A DNA stretch of 64,000 bases from the human T2T-CHM13v2.0 reference genome, Homo sapiens, in the NCBI RefSeq assembly GCF_009914755.1, contig NC_060947.1. One strand, written 5' to 3'. Within the stretch, counting starts at the first letter, position 1, and every line of letters starts with the position of its first letter. The notes beneath the pieces were generated by a model that saw nothing but the letters and a program-made list of their open reading frames with translations, did not search any database and was not told the DNA's origin. Shown in pieces: positions 1 through 13,498 of this stretch. The position numbers were made by a program, and so were the translations under genes.

Positions 1-54
1 TTCAAAACTGAAGTATGATGTGTTTTGGTTTTTGTATGTTTGTTTGTTTCTAAA

Positions 55-218
55 TTTTTACTTTTTATTTTTAATTTTTGTGGGTGCATAGTAAGTGTAT
101 ATATTTATAGGGTACATGGGATGCTTTGACAGGCATGCAATGTGAAATAATCACGTCATGTAGAATAGGGTTTCCATCTTCTCAAGCATTTATTCTTTGT
201 GTTACAAACAATCCAACT
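55..218 (-). mobile_element. L1MA-type 3' end fragment
   Basis: T-rich tail, then 'tgtgggtgcatagtaagtgtatatatttatagggtacatg...ctcaagcatttattctttgtgttacaaacaatccaa', typical of the antisense L1MA 3'UTR. Confidence 0.75.
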
Positions 219-219
219 G

Positions 220-1130
220 TGTTTTGCAAGAGTACTTATTTTTTACTGTAATTCATAGTCATGAAATCTCTTGAGTTCCCTAGGCCTTATCTATATATGA
301 CATGGAACATGGCCTCCTTCCATGAAGCAGGGGCTTAATCAACAGGAATTAGTCCTGCCCATTTACTCTGTGCCTGTTGCCTGGCTTTGGATCCCTCAGA
401 TCTGGTTTTCCTTTCTAGGGCTTCAACCAAAGTTTGTAATTGAGTTTGGGACAAAAAGGTGTCTCGGGGGATGCATGGATTTATTTAGATTAAGTCCCAG
501 ACAGACTTTGCCAAATTTGCCGTTATTAGCCAGTGGGATGGCTCCTCTGTTGCTTTCCTATCATAAGCAGAGTGCAGAGGTAGGAAAAGAAACCTCTCAC
601 ATAGAAAAGGAAAAAGAAAAAAAATCGATTTAGGTGGAGAAGAACCTCTTCCTCTATGCAAATGGATTCCTTAAATCACTGTATCCTTCCTCTGGCTCGG
701 ACAAAGCCGGACCTCTCGCCCGGGGAGGAAAGACCCTATGGGCACATGGCAGGAGGGGATGGCGGGTGGGACATGCTGGCCAACTAGCCACGTGAGGCCC
801 CTGGCCCCTGAGACTGCCCTGGGGCCTGGGCAGCAGCCACAGTTCTCTCCCACCCTGCATGGCCATTGCAAACATACCCCTCGCCCCACATGTGCAGACA
901 CAGGTGTGTGCCGTGGATCCGCCCAAGCACCCCATCCAGGAGGGAAGGGGGGTGAGAAGGGGAGCCACCATGCACCCTGCGTGGCTGTGGATCTTTGGCT
1001 AGAGGTGGGGATCGCACCTCTATGAACGAATGGAAATCACATTGTTCTAAATTGCATATGTGGTGGCTAGGCCAAACACTCATTTTACCTAGTAACATTT
1101 CTGCAGTTTGTAACAAGATCCTTATCAATA
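220..1130 (-). mobile_element. ERV1-class internal fragment (MER4-group/HUERS-like), no LTRs visible
   Basis: GC-richer block sharply bounded by AT-rich DNA; 'gcctggctttggatccctcagatctggttttcctttctagggc...gagtttgggacaaaaaggtgtctc' resembles ERV1 internal sequence; exact family uncertain. Confidence 0.5.
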
Positions 1131-2644
1131 ATATTCAAAATGATGTTATAACATAGCAATTTAATAGCTGGAAAGTTATTAAAAATTCAAGTGTAGAGCA
1201 GCAAACAAAATTTAATCAGGAAATTTGTTACTGACTTCAAATGATTTGACACAATGATTAATTATTTGTCCATTATATGAATAATGGACAAAACAAATGA
1301 TTTGTCCATTCAATTCTACTTAGAATATACAAATTTAGATAAAATATAGAAACGACTCTGTGAATACACACAAAAAAAACAAATTTTCCACTTTTTTATT
1401 CCACAAAAGCAGTCTGTTACTTATTTGAAAACAGCAAATTTATCTTCCAAATTTATTATGTAATACAAGTATCCTTGTGCAAGATGCAACTATGAACAAA
1501 ACTGATTGTGCCTCTGTTTTCGTGCTTCAGTGTTTTAAAAGTACTTCAAAAAGACAAAAAAATAAAGTATCTCAAAGCCAACCAATGCTTCACAGAGAAA
1601 AAGACAGTAGAAAAGTTACATAAAATATAAATAACTTTTTCTTAAAAGCATTAGGGAACTAATACAGAAACAAGACCAGAGTGCTCAAGATTCTGGGAGA
1701 GAGAAGAAACACTGAGAGTTGAGTAGATACTTTTACCTCAGGAGTCCATTTTGTCATAAATGGACTGAGAGCTCAAAATCCAGTCTTTGCTCAGGCAGAA
1801 TGGTTGCTGAAAGACAGAGGTATAAGCAAAGTGTTTGTCAGTGTCAACAAACTAGAGAGAAAATTGAAAGCTTTAAGGCACAAAATGTTCAACATATTAA
1901 ATAGCAGAAAACTGGGCATTGAATGTGTATTGTTTTATTTTCAAAAAGTTTGCCAAATTCTGAAGCTACAAGTAGCAAGGTGCTGAAAAGCTAAGCTGAT
2001 ATTCTCTGTAAAGTGGTGTAAAGTTTTCTGCAATTTATTTTTGCTCAGGACATGAAAAGGAAAGCTGAGGACCAGCCAGTGAAGGGAACTCAGTTATGAT
2101 ACCAGGCTCTCAGTTGTAAGGTCTAGACTCAGTCACACTGTAGTTGAAAGTATGTACCCTGGGATCAGTGTCAAAGCAGAAGTCTACCAAGCTTTACAAA
2201 AAGTGCAATGAAGCTCCTATTGAAATCAGTCTCTCTGTTAAGATTAAAGTGAACAGTCCTCATTCTCTCTGCTTAGCAGAGAAAATTCGAAACTATGTGT
2301 GCAGGAAAATATTACCACATGGAGTGTGTAACTTCGTTTATAACTAATACCTTGCCTTCATCAAAAACTTCCTCCTACCAAAAGACAGAATCCTATAACC
2401 AAAAGGAAGATTAACAAATAAAATAATAACAGAGCTGAGGTATTCCAGATATTATAGTTGGAAGGCAAATAATGGCAGATAAGAGAAAAAAGTGAATGAT
2501 TTCATTAGAATATTAGAATTTATTGTTTTAACTAGAAATTTTGAAAAAACAAAATAAATGAAATTATAAATTGGGTAGATGGATTTTACTGCAGGTTAGT
2601 CATAGCATAACAACATACTGGGGTACTGCACAAATGGTCACACC

Positions 2645-2896
2645 TATAAATTAGATTTCATCAAAGTCTAAAGATTCTTTTAAGAGGAAGAAAACCAATG
2701 TACAGACAGGGAGAAAATATTTGTATACCATGTATCTAACAAAGGATTTATATCCAGAACATGTAGAGTAGTCTTAAAAGTCAACTGTAAAAAATTAATA
2801 ATAACCTAACTGGAAAATGGTCAAAAGGTATGAACAGACATTTCACTGAAAAATGATCTACAGATGGTAAACAAGCACATGAAAAGATGTTCAACC
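2645..2896 (+). mobile_element. Old L1 (L1MB/MC) ORF2 3' fragment
   Basis: 'gagaaaatatttgtataccatgtatctaacaaaggatttatatccagaa...tgaacagacatttcact...aagcacatgaaaagatgttcaac'. Confidence 0.8.
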
Positions 2897-2897
2897 A

Positions 2898-2961
2898 GTT
2901 GTCTTAGGATTCTCCAGAGAAAAAGGGGCAAGAGAAGATCGATCTATCTACTATCTACTTA

Positions 2962-3000
<39 letters not shown>

Positions 3001-3533
3001 GCTATCATCTATCTATGTCTAGCTATATAAGATTTGTTATAAGGAATTGGCTTACACAATCACAGAGGTTGAGAAGTCCTATGTTCTGCTATCTGCAAGC
3101 TGGGGGACCAGAAAGAGAGTGGTATAGTTTCAGTCCAAGTCCAAAGGCCTGAGCATCAGGGGAGTTGATGTTAAATGACAAAGTCCAAGTATGAAGGCCC
3201 AGTGACCAGAGGAAACACTGTGTAAGTCCCGGTCCAAATGCAAAGGCCTAAGAACCAGAGCACTTATGTTCACAGGCAGCAGAAGACGAATGTCCCAGCT
3301 GAAGCATAGAGAGTGAATTCACCCTTTCTCTGCCTTTTTATTTTATTCAGGCCCTCAACAGATTAGATGATGCCCATTTACATTGAGCAGGTTCATCAGC
3401 TTTACTCAGTTCACCAATACATACACTAATTTATTTCAGAAACATCCTCATGGAAACACCCACAATAATGATTCACTAGTTATCTGAGCATCCCTTAGCA
3501 CAGTCCAGGTCAACACATTAAATGAACCATAAC
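2898..3533 (-). mobile_element. MLT2 (ERVL) 3' LTR with internal (TATC)n
   Basis: 'ggattctccagaga...aaggaattggcttacacaat...gagaagtcc...aaatgaaccataaca'; directly adjoins the ERVL polypurine tract and internal sequence. Confidence 0.85.
2940..3028. repeat. (TATC)n microsatellite
   Basis: About 10 perfect TATC units plus degenerate flanks. Confidence 0.95.
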
Positions 3534-3846
3534 AAGAAGACCCCTTGTCAACTGGGCACATGTACACATCTCCTCAAGCCATACTTAATCTCCAAATTAA
3601 GACAGGAAAATGGTCATAATTCCTCCTGACATGATGCAGCTATTCTGCATACAACAAAAAATCCATTGATCTCCACACAAGAGAAAGTAAAGTAAATGAG
3701 TGATGTTTACTCCTCTCCTGACATCCCGTAACTCAAATACTATGATGTAACATTGACAATATTTAAATACTAATATAAAGTCAATATGTTTTATTTTAAA
3801 TTATTATAGAATAACAGAGAAAATAAATCAAAGGCATTTGCTTTAC

Positions 3847-3890
<44 letters not shown>

Positions 3891-4590
3891 GTATTTGTGT
3901 ATAAACACAACTGTATTCATAACAAAATAAGAAGGGAATACTCATGATGATGACAGTCCTCCTTTTGGAAACCGGTCACATCATCAAGGCTGGTATTTCT
4001 AACTACCTTCCTCTACAACTCATTCTGTATTCCATTTGCCTTCAGCAAGCATCTTAGCTGGTTGTCATTTTTTACCTGGCAGGGTAACCAAACCTTAATT
4101 CCAGAAGGGCCTAGGCCAATCATAGTCCTGCCTAAATTGGGCTGTTTTCGATTTTCACTGATCTTAATTACAGTGCACAGTCATAATAAGAGAATCCGTA
4201 AAAGATTTCTATTATTCTATACATATTTTTCCTCCCCACCATTGTAGAGTCACAGTCCATATTCTTCTTGGTAGTTGGGATCATTCGTCCCAGCCAACAA
4301 AGTAATTCCCTTCTTAGCCTATTGACTGAGGCAGGAGGAGCCCAAAATTGCTGGGTGTCAGTCTTAACTTCCAGTTTGATACAATCATTGTTGTGTCTTT
4401 TTCTGGAAACATCCCTCCCTCTGGAATTAAGACCTTTAGGCTAGCAGAGCATAAAGTCACAGGAACAGGAAACAAAATTTTTGCTTGTAGGTCAGTAGAG
4501 GTAATAATGAATGTTACCACCACTCCAATTTCCGTCTGAACCCCTGAATCCTGGTAATCAGAGAAACAGCGCTATATCTTGAACACTGAT
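3534..4590 (-). mobile_element. ERVL internal 3' region (PPT, end of pol, dUTPase remnant)
   Basis: PPT-like 'ccccttgtca' beside the LTR; minus-strand translation matches the ERVL dUTPase region. Confidence 0.85.
4200..4530 (-). pseudogene. Degenerate ERVL dUTPase coding remnant
   Basis: ORF 4314-4523 'ILFPVPVTLCSASLKVLIPEGGMFPEKDTTMIVSNWKLRLTPSNFGLLLP' resembles HERV-L 'FLLPVPATLRSAGLEVLVPEGGTLPPGDTTTIPLNWKLRLPPGHFGLLLP' (recalled); frame broken near 4315. Confidence 0.8.
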
Positions 4591-4637
4591 TAAGCTGAAT
4601 TGCATTCAATTCCATTGAAGGGGAATCCTCCCAGTGA

Positions 4638-5392
4638 CCTGCTATAGCAAAAATACCATAGACTGGATAGTTTAAACAACAAAAATGTATTTCTCATGGT
4701 TCTGGAGGTTGGGAAGTCTGAGATAAGATTGCCAGTATTGCTGGATTTTGGTTATGGCCTTCTTCCTAGTATGCAGAAGGATGTCTTTTTACTGTGTCCT
4801 CACATGTTGAAAACCAAACACCAAGAAAAGAAGCCGTGGTTTATCTTCTTATAAGGGCAATTTTCATTTGTCTTAGTCCGTTTGAGCTGTTATAACAAAA
4901 TATCTTAGAATGAATAATGTATAAATAACAGAAGTTTATATCACACAGTTTTGGAGTCTGCAAAGTCCAAGATGAAGGCACTGACAAGTTTTGTGTCTGG
5001 CGAAGGCCCATTCCTCATAGATGGCACACCCTTGCTATGTCCTCACATGGTAGAAGGGATGAATGCTGTGTCCTCACATGCTGGAAGGCATGGAAGAAAC
5101 CAGAATGCTCCTTTAAACTTTTTTATAAGAGCACTAATCCCATTTATGGGGGTAGAGTCCCCATGACTTAATTACTTTCCCTTAATTACTTTCCCTTACC
5201 TATTACCACATTGCATATTATGTTCCAACATACAAATTGGGGGAGGACACCAACATTCAGGCACAGCATCATTCGTGGGGGATCCACATTCATTACCTAA
5301 AACTAAGGCCCTACCTCCTAATACCATCACATTGGGTATTAGGATTTCCACATGTGAAGTTTGGAAGTACACAAAAGTTCAGTCATAATACA
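4638..5392 (-). mobile_element. MLT1A-type MaLR LTR interrupted by a nested MST LTR
   Basis: 'gctatagcaaaaataccatagactgg...' resumes after 5273 as 'cctacctcctaataccatcacattggg...ttcagtcataataca'. Confidence 0.75.
4869..5268 (-). mobile_element. MSTD/MSTC-like solo LTR nested in MLT1A
   Basis: TG...CA ends; perfect 5-bp TSD TCATT at 4864-4868 and 5269-5273. Confidence 0.8.
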
Positions 5393-5419
5393 TGGTGTCA
5401 AAAGTTGTAATTGTAAGAA

Positions 5420-5590
5420 GTGAGTGCCTGGTAGGAAATATAAGGGTGATTCTAGGCACTAGTAATTTTGTTTTATGACTTTGTTTATGTTCTGTTTACA
5501 TATGTACATTCACTTTAAGAAAGTTATTCTAGCTTTACACTTATGAGTCTTGTACTTTTCTGAATAGATACTGTAGTTCAATAACAATGT
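5420..5590 (+). mobile_element. Old L1 (L1MC/ME) 3' end fragment
   Basis: 'tgtttacatatgtacattcactttaagaaagttattctagctttacacttatgag...ttcaataa'. Confidence 0.55.
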
Positions 5591-5787
5591 ACTTCAAACA
5601 ATATATTTCTAAGGGAAAGGAGTTCTGAAATATAACCATTTTGACATACTAAAGTATATACTCCATGAAGCATTACATTAACTGCAATATAGACACACAC
5701 ACACACATATATATACACATATATATGTATTTCCATGTGTAGATATAAATTGACATAATCAATGATTGAGTCATGTGTACTCAGATA
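5469..5787. repeat. Donor of the inverted copy at 9452-9783
   Basis: Its reverse complement aligns end to end with 9452-9783 (about 12 substitutions plus small indels, hand count). Confidence 0.95.
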
Positions 5788-7092
5788 TGCTTTCAAATGT
5801 CTTCCTTTCTCAATCAGATCCAGAGGCTAGAAAACCTAAGCAAAGATGGTAGCTATATGGTCTGCAATGGTGCTAATGAATAATCAATTCTATGAAAATG
5901 ACAAACTATCAAAGAGGCCAGATTTATCAACATAATAAATGAACTTTAAGAAATTGAAAATTTTCCCTACCATTTAGATCCTTGATCTACCTGTTTAATA
6001 TCTTGAACAAGCTTAGCTATTACCAGGGATTGGAGCAAAGGAGATGATAACCAAATAGAGAAGAATTAATTCCATTTGCAGACAACCTCTTCACTGTTGG
6101 AAATTGCAGATAAATGTAAAATACAAAATTGGTGGTTCATCAGAGAGTAAATGTTCCAAACATTAACTTTCTAATAAGGTCATGATAAATCTTGATTAAA
6201 GGCATGTCAAACTAGTTGCTTATTATTTAAAAGATAAGAAATCTAGAAAGAAATATGTATCCATTAACATTGAAATTAGAAAATTCAATACATTCATAAA
6301 ACCCAGGCAATTAAAGACTTCAATTTGCTTTTTATAATAAAAATTGAAAATGTCAATTCTATAATAAAGAGAAACCTTATTTCTATCTGGTAAAATCTTT
6401 GGCTCCAGATAGCCATTGTTAATTTTCAAAAGATGAAAAAAAAAAAAAAAACACTTACACAAATGGAATGTATTATGTATCCAAATGATGTAAATGACAA
6501 ATTTGTTCAGTGAAATTCAAGAAAAAACCAAAATTATGCATGCAAATACCCACACACTGACACTCACACATACATCCTTACATACATTAATTATCTCATT
6601 AATACAGTAGTAAAGCTAATCTGAATAATAATGACAAGTTTCCAAGATCATAATAGAGAAAAAGGGGGCTAATAAAATCATATTTTAAGATAGTCATATA
6701 CCTTTCTGTGACAGGAAGCAGGTTGAATTCTAAGGGCTGGTAAGAAGAAGCAGAATTAAGAGAAGCCATACTTTTTTCTTGGGTGTAAAACCAAGATCCC
6801 TATGAGATAAACAGACACGCACGGATGTGTCTATGCATACACAGACACACACACACAAACACACTTTGCACATCACACATTACACATATATTACATGGAA
6901 TTAGAGTTTGTCTCAAATGAAACTATTGTGGCCTGTTGAAGCTTTCAAAACCTTCCAGTAGAAAAATTGCCCTAATTTGGAGGGTCTGCTTCCACAGCAG
7001 TGGGGTCTCTGATTCTCTACTCATAACATCTACATCCATTAGATGGAAAACCCCTTTTGAATGAGGGAATGATTCAACATATTTATGTCAGT

Positions 7093-7456
7093 TGCTATGG
7101 TCTGAATGTTTGCATTCCACCAAAAAACTGTATGTTGAAATTTAATCCCCAATGTCAGGGTATTTGGTTGTGGGGCCTTTTGGAGATAATTACATCAAGA
7201 GTAGAGTCTTCATGAATGGGATCAGTGCCCTTAAAAAAGAAGCTCCAGAGATATTTACCTGCCCTTTCTGTCATGTGGGTACACAACAAAAAATGCTGTC
7301 TATGAAGCAGGAAGTGGCCAGCACCAGGCACTAACTCTGCTGGCACCTTGATCTTGAACTTTCTGGTTTTCTAAAGCTGTGAGAAACAAATTCCTCCTGT
7401 TTGTAAAACAGCTTGTCAATGGTAGTTTGTAATAGAAGCCTGAATGGACTAACACA
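7093..7456 (+). mobile_element. MLT1A0-like solo LTR
   Basis: 'tgctatggtctgaatgtttg...tatgttgaaa...atgggatcagtgccctta...ctgctggcaccttgatcttgaactt...gcctgaatggactaacaca'. Confidence 0.85.
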
Positions 7457-7629
7457 CCAAAGCATTGGTAAAGATATCATTAAAGTAATACATACGCTCA
7501 GGAGCTAGAGTGTTTAGAATGACTCTAGGACATGAAAATGATAATTGGACAGAGTTGACCTAAATGCATCAGCACATCACAAAGAATCTCCCCAGGAGAA
7601 CTCAATATCTGAATAATTGCTGGCACCAC

Positions 7630-8000
7630 TGAGTTCACTAAATTTTTTAGTGTCTATTATGTACTAAGCACTGATCTAAACATTAGGGCTACAAAGATAG
7701 ATCAAAGATAGATAATACATAATATCTCTTACCCTCACATTTTTCTAGTCTATTAAGGGACATACATGCAAACAATCTTAATCCAGATAATATCGGGATT
7801 GTGTCGGCAATATATATGTGCATAATATGATCGTGTGCCTCCAAAAGTAAGAGTAATGAAAGATGCCCATTAGATTTTGCAATTAGATCGTCAGTGGTGA
7901 TCTCAGCGAAATAACTTCCTGCCATTCCTGGGATAAGAGTCACATTATGATGAGTTGAGAAAAGCAAGAACAATGAGAAAATCATGACAGAAAGTTCTGA
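7630..8000 (-). mobile_element. L2 fragments (3' end plus RT remnant)
   Basis: Minus translation 'ITTDDLIAKSNGHLSLLLLL' resembles the L2 RT motif 'VTNDLxxAKSNGxFSVLILL'; L2 3'-end-like 'gtgtctattatgtactaagcactg'. Confidence 0.65.
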
Positions 8001-9009
8001 TTATGGGCAAGAGCAAGAGCTGAACAGGATGAAGAGTTAAGAGGAGGAATGTGTGTGTACACGTGTGTTAGAATGAGTGCCGTCTGGATATATTCATAAA
8101 TTTGGAAGGAAAGAGTTGAGTGAGAAGGAAAAAAGTTTAAAATAAGAAGAGAAAGTGAATGAAAAATTGTATCTGTGTGAGATGGAAGTAAGACAGGATA
8201 AAGAGCACAGAATAGGAGATCATACAGAAGAAGAAGGAGCCCTCTACAAAGTTATTAGATTTTAGAATACAGAATGTTGTTTTCTATTCAGAAAGTTTCC
8301 ATCCAAATATTTTCTACTAGGTAAATACCTCTCCCCTCAAAACTCTTCTCATCTTTCATCTCTATGAAGAGTTTCTCTGAAATCTCACGGTCTCTCAATT
8401 GTGACCCCACTCAACTTTTATATATATATGATCTCAATATGTTTACCATGCCTGCTCTTATTTGTTTACTGTATGCCACTAGACCAACGTTGTAAGATCA
8501 TTGAATCCAGATACACTGTATGCTTCATGTATATTATTACATCCTAGTGAGGTGTCAGACTTATGGCCTGCATTTAAGAGATATTTGGTAAATATAAAAG
8601 AAAATGATTGGCTATAGAATAGCATGCAAGGTAGGAGGTAGAGATGATGTTGCAGAAGAGTTTACCCAATTATAAATTATGCACAAAACTAAAAACAAAA
8701 CATTCTCAGATGTGAAAATAAACAACCATAAAAACAAAACTTTTATAAGCAACCCTCAAGCAAAATTGGAAAATGTGGAACTTCCATTAGAAAATATTAA
8801 TAAAAGGAAATAATTAGAATATTACCTATAAAAATCTATAAAAGGCAACCAAATTTATACTCCATGGACAATTCATAATGTTGAGTTCTTTCATATTTGA
8901 AAAAATAATGGATGAAAAATAAAAAATGAACATTAAACTCAAGACACTAGAAATAATTTTAAAAATAAAATGTGTGATAAAGAAATTAATATGCATAAAT
9001 AAAAGCAGC

Positions 9010-9157
9010 TTGTCCTTCCACAGTGGCTCACTCGTGTAATCTCAGTGCTTTAAGAGGCCGAGGCAAGTTTGTGGTTGCAGTGAGCAATGATTGCTCCAGT
9101 GCACTCCAGTCTGGGCAACCGAGTGAGACTCTCTCTCCAAAAAAAGGGAAAAAAAAA
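9010..9157 (+). mobile_element. Alu monomer (FRAM/FAM-like, or internally deleted AluJ)
   Basis: 'cagtggctcactcgtgtaatctcag...gcactccagtctgggcaacc' with A-tail; AAAAGCAGC on both flanks as a likely TSD. Confidence 0.75.
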
Positions 9158-9283
9158 AAGCAGCAAAAGCTTTTTTAAAAAGCCACATATCACAGGTATA
9201 CCCCCGCAACCCCAAGGAAAGATACACATTTCTGCAGGATGTTTTAAAAACACAAAAACTGGACAAGAAAGCTTAAACAGTGA

Positions 9284-9926
<643 letters not shown>

Positions 9927-9958
9927 TTGACTACTATTTTAAGTATACGAATATTTTG

Positions 9959-10231
9959 GGCCAGGCGCGGTGGCTCACTTTGGGAGGCCGAGGCGGGCGG
10001 ATCGCAAGGTCAGGAGATCGAGACCATCCTGGCTAACACGGTGAAACCCCGTCTCTACTAAAAATACAAAAAATTAGCCAGGCGTGGAGGCGGGCGCCTG
10101 TAGTCCCAGCTACTCAAGAGGCTGAGGCAGGAGAATGGCGTGAACCTGGGAGGCAGAGCTTTCAGTGAGCTGAGATTGCACCACTGCACCCCAGCCTGGG
10201 CAACAGAGCGAGACTCCGTCTCAAAAAAAAA
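9959..10231 (+). mobile_element. AluY with a 17-bp deletion near the 5' end
   Basis: AluY diagnostics 'gagatcgagaccatcctggctaacacgg', 'gagaatggcgtgaacc'; TSD AAGTATAC(G/A)AATATTTT at 9941-9957 and 10232-10248. Confidence 0.95.
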
Positions 10232-11164
10232 AAGTATACAAATATTTTAAATATTATTGAGTATTTACAATTTGAATTATTAAATTAAACATTACTTATT
10301 TAGTAAGCCATAACGTATTATAAAGTGGATATTAATTTGTCTATAATCTATAAAATGTGCATAATTTTCCTAATCTATGCTATGAAAATAAATTTCTATT
10401 TGTCTTTCATAAGAATTCACATTTTTGTAGGGAGTTCAGGTTGTAAAAGCATAGGCTCAGTATCTTTAAAATTACATTCTTCTGTTTTGGCCTTCGATGG
10501 ATTTGTAATTCATTTAGTTCATGGACCATCCTCTTTGACTTTGGGTCTTTCGACAAAAATGTTGGATAATGACAAGCAAAAAGAGCCATTAGTTTGTTAC
10601 CTACAATTTGAGTAGTGTCCTAAATTTTTATGGCTAACAGATAGTATAAACATCTGCTGATAGTCAAAGCCCTATTGTTTGATGTGGAAATTAATGAGGT
10701 TGGTGTGGGTTTAAAATAGTTTCTCAGAGAAATAAAAGTGAAAAAATTCGTCTGCACCAAGGCACAACTAAAATTGTGTTGGGGATCATGTATTTTCAGA
10801 ACTGTGAGTATACATAGCTATCTGGTATTTATTCAGCATTATTCATCCACACACCAAAATATATTTTTAGGGAAGTGATGTTAGAAAATTGATCAGTTTT
10901 CCAACACTTGCAACATAAGCAGCTGGGCCATGTCTTTGTTAGGCTGCACTAGTGACCTCATAACCAATAGGTTTTTCATTACTTTGCCATGGGGCTGCAA
11001 ACTCAAATGCCTCTACATGTAGGACAGGTAATCTAAAGAGACAATAGACCATATGTAAGACTAGAGGACATAATGAGATCTATATGGCCCTATCAAGATT
11101 TTTATTCTACCTTAAATCATGCAAGTCAAATGTTCTCTCAACAATGGAGTGAAACTGTGAAGAC

Positions 11165-11375
11165 CATTGCTTAGAGCCAGGCTGTATAGATTTGAATCAT
11201 CAATCCCATGCTTGCTAGGTACAATGCCTTAAGCAAATTACTTAAACTCAACTTCATTAGCTGTAAAATTGGGCTAATAATGCTTCAAAGTCTCCTCAGA
11301 TTCTTGTGAGCATTACTTGAGTTAATACCAATTACGTGCTTAGAATACCGGGTCAAAGTAGGTATCATATATGGG
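11165..11375 (+). mobile_element. MIR
   Basis: 'ttagagccaggctg...tttgaatc...ccttaagcaaattacttaa...ctgtaaaattgggctaataa...gtgcttagaa'. Confidence 0.75.
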
Positions 11376-11662
11376 TTTTCCGTGATCCTCATTTTGGGCC
11401 TTTTCTAACTTCCTAAATGTTAATTTAACATTTATTTCCTGCTTTCAAAACTTAAAAGTGCTAAGCACTTGAGCATATTCTGAAATCCAACCAATTTTTA
11501 GATGGAGGACTCTAACAGGCCCAAGTACATTGATCTCATTGTTATTTATGATGAGGTAATTAAAAACCACATTAATTCCAAACAATGGAGAAATAGCTAT
11601 TCAATTGTAGCAAATCCAAATAATGCAGAATTAATCTACCATTATAAGTGCTCTTCTACCCC

Positions 11663-11968
11663 AGCCAGGCGTGGTGGCTCACACCTGTAATCCTAGCACT
11701 TTGGGAGGCCAAGGTGGGCGGGTTGCCTGAGCTCAGGGGTTTGAGACCAGCCGGACAACACCGCGAAACCCTGTCTATACTAAAATACAAAAAGTTAGCT
11801 GGGCATGGAAGCGTGCGCCTGTAGTCTCAGCTACTCAGGAGGCTGAAGCAGGAGAATTGCTTGAACCTGAAAGGCAGAGGTTTCAGTGAGTCGATATCAC
11901 ACCACTGCACTCCAGCCCGGGGAACAGAGCCAGGCTCCATCTCCCTGCCCGCCCACCCCCCCAAAAAA
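11663..11968 (+). mobile_element. AluS with a C-rich tail
   Basis: Full dimer; TSD AAGTGCTCTTCT at 11646-11657 and 11969-11980. Confidence 0.92.
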
Positions 11969-12199
11969 AAGTGCTCTTCTGAAGAGTGTGCAAAAACATG
12001 GTATTCTTTGATGATGTGTCTTTAAATGAAAAAGGCAGAAAGCAAACATATATACACTGTATGACTGTGTATATATAAATACACACATAGTAGCAGAAAA
12101 TAGTTTTTTTAATAGGATTAGGGATAAATTTGAATTTTCTATATTGGGCACATTTCGTATTCTTGGACTATAATACTTTTACAAAATTGTATTAAAACA

Positions 12200-12947
12200 C
12201 AAGGATTTAGAGCAACAGGAGCTCTCAATCATCGTTGGTGGGAATCCAAGATGGCATAGCCACTTTGGAAGACATTTTGTCAGTTACTTACAAAACTAAA
12301 CATAGCGCTACCATACAATTCAATAATCACACTTCTTGATATTTACACAAATGAGTGGAAAACGTTTGTCCACACAAAAACCTGAAAGCCTAAGGGAAAT
12401 GTGGAGATAATGGTAAAAGGGTACACAATTTCAGGTATAAGATGAAGAAGTTCTGAGGATGTAATTTATAGCATGGTGACTAGAGTTGATAATATCATAT
12501 CGTATACTTGAAATTTGCTAAGAGAGATAGATCTTAAGTTTCCTCACCTCCTTATACACACACACACACGCACACACACACACACGGACAGCATACCTAT
12601 GTGTGGTTATGGAAGTGTTGATTAATTTGATTGTAGTGATCATGACACAATGCATATGTATATCAAATCATCACATACAACTTGAATACGTACAATTTTT
12701 ATTTGTCAATTAATATCTCAAAGCTGGGAAATAACTGCACAGGAATTTTTACAACAGCTTTATTTATATTTGTAAAACTTGGAAACAACCAACATGTCCT
12801 TCAATAGGTGAATAAACAAACTGTGGTGCATTCATACGGTAGAATACTTTAGTGATAAAAAGGGATGTGCTATCAAGCCATGAAAAAATATGGAACAATC
12901 TTAAATGCATATTGCTAAGTGAAAGAAGCCAGTCTGAAAGTGCTACT
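12200..12947 (+). mobile_element. L1MC 3' region interrupted by an L1MA8/9-like 3' end (about 12385-12733) containing (CA)n
   Basis: L1MC 'gcaacaggagctctc...cacacaaaaacctg' resumes at 'ctgcacaggaatttttacaacagctttattt'; the insert carries 'aaagggtacacaatttcag...tacttgaaatttgctaagagag'. Confidence 0.75.
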
Positions 12948-13173
12948 GACAGTTGAGGTGGAAGCCAATCCTCCTAACACAGCTCTGGAATACCAGACAG
13001 TCAGAACTGGAAGATGTGCAGGTGGAAGTACCAACACAGAAGGTGAATATTTAAAGGAACATAAAAGGAATGGCTGCATCTGACCACACTGGCCACTTGC
13101 CATTCCGGTTTATACAGAAGCATCCCAGTGCTTACTACCAAAAGACTGTTCTCTAAAGAAATAATGTGTTCAT

Positions 13174-13498
<325 letters not shown>

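Noticed and set aside
322-1128. Cluster of overlapping 76-114 aa ORFs
   Set aside because: GC-rich ERV-like internal fragment with ORFs on both strands and no recognisable domain.
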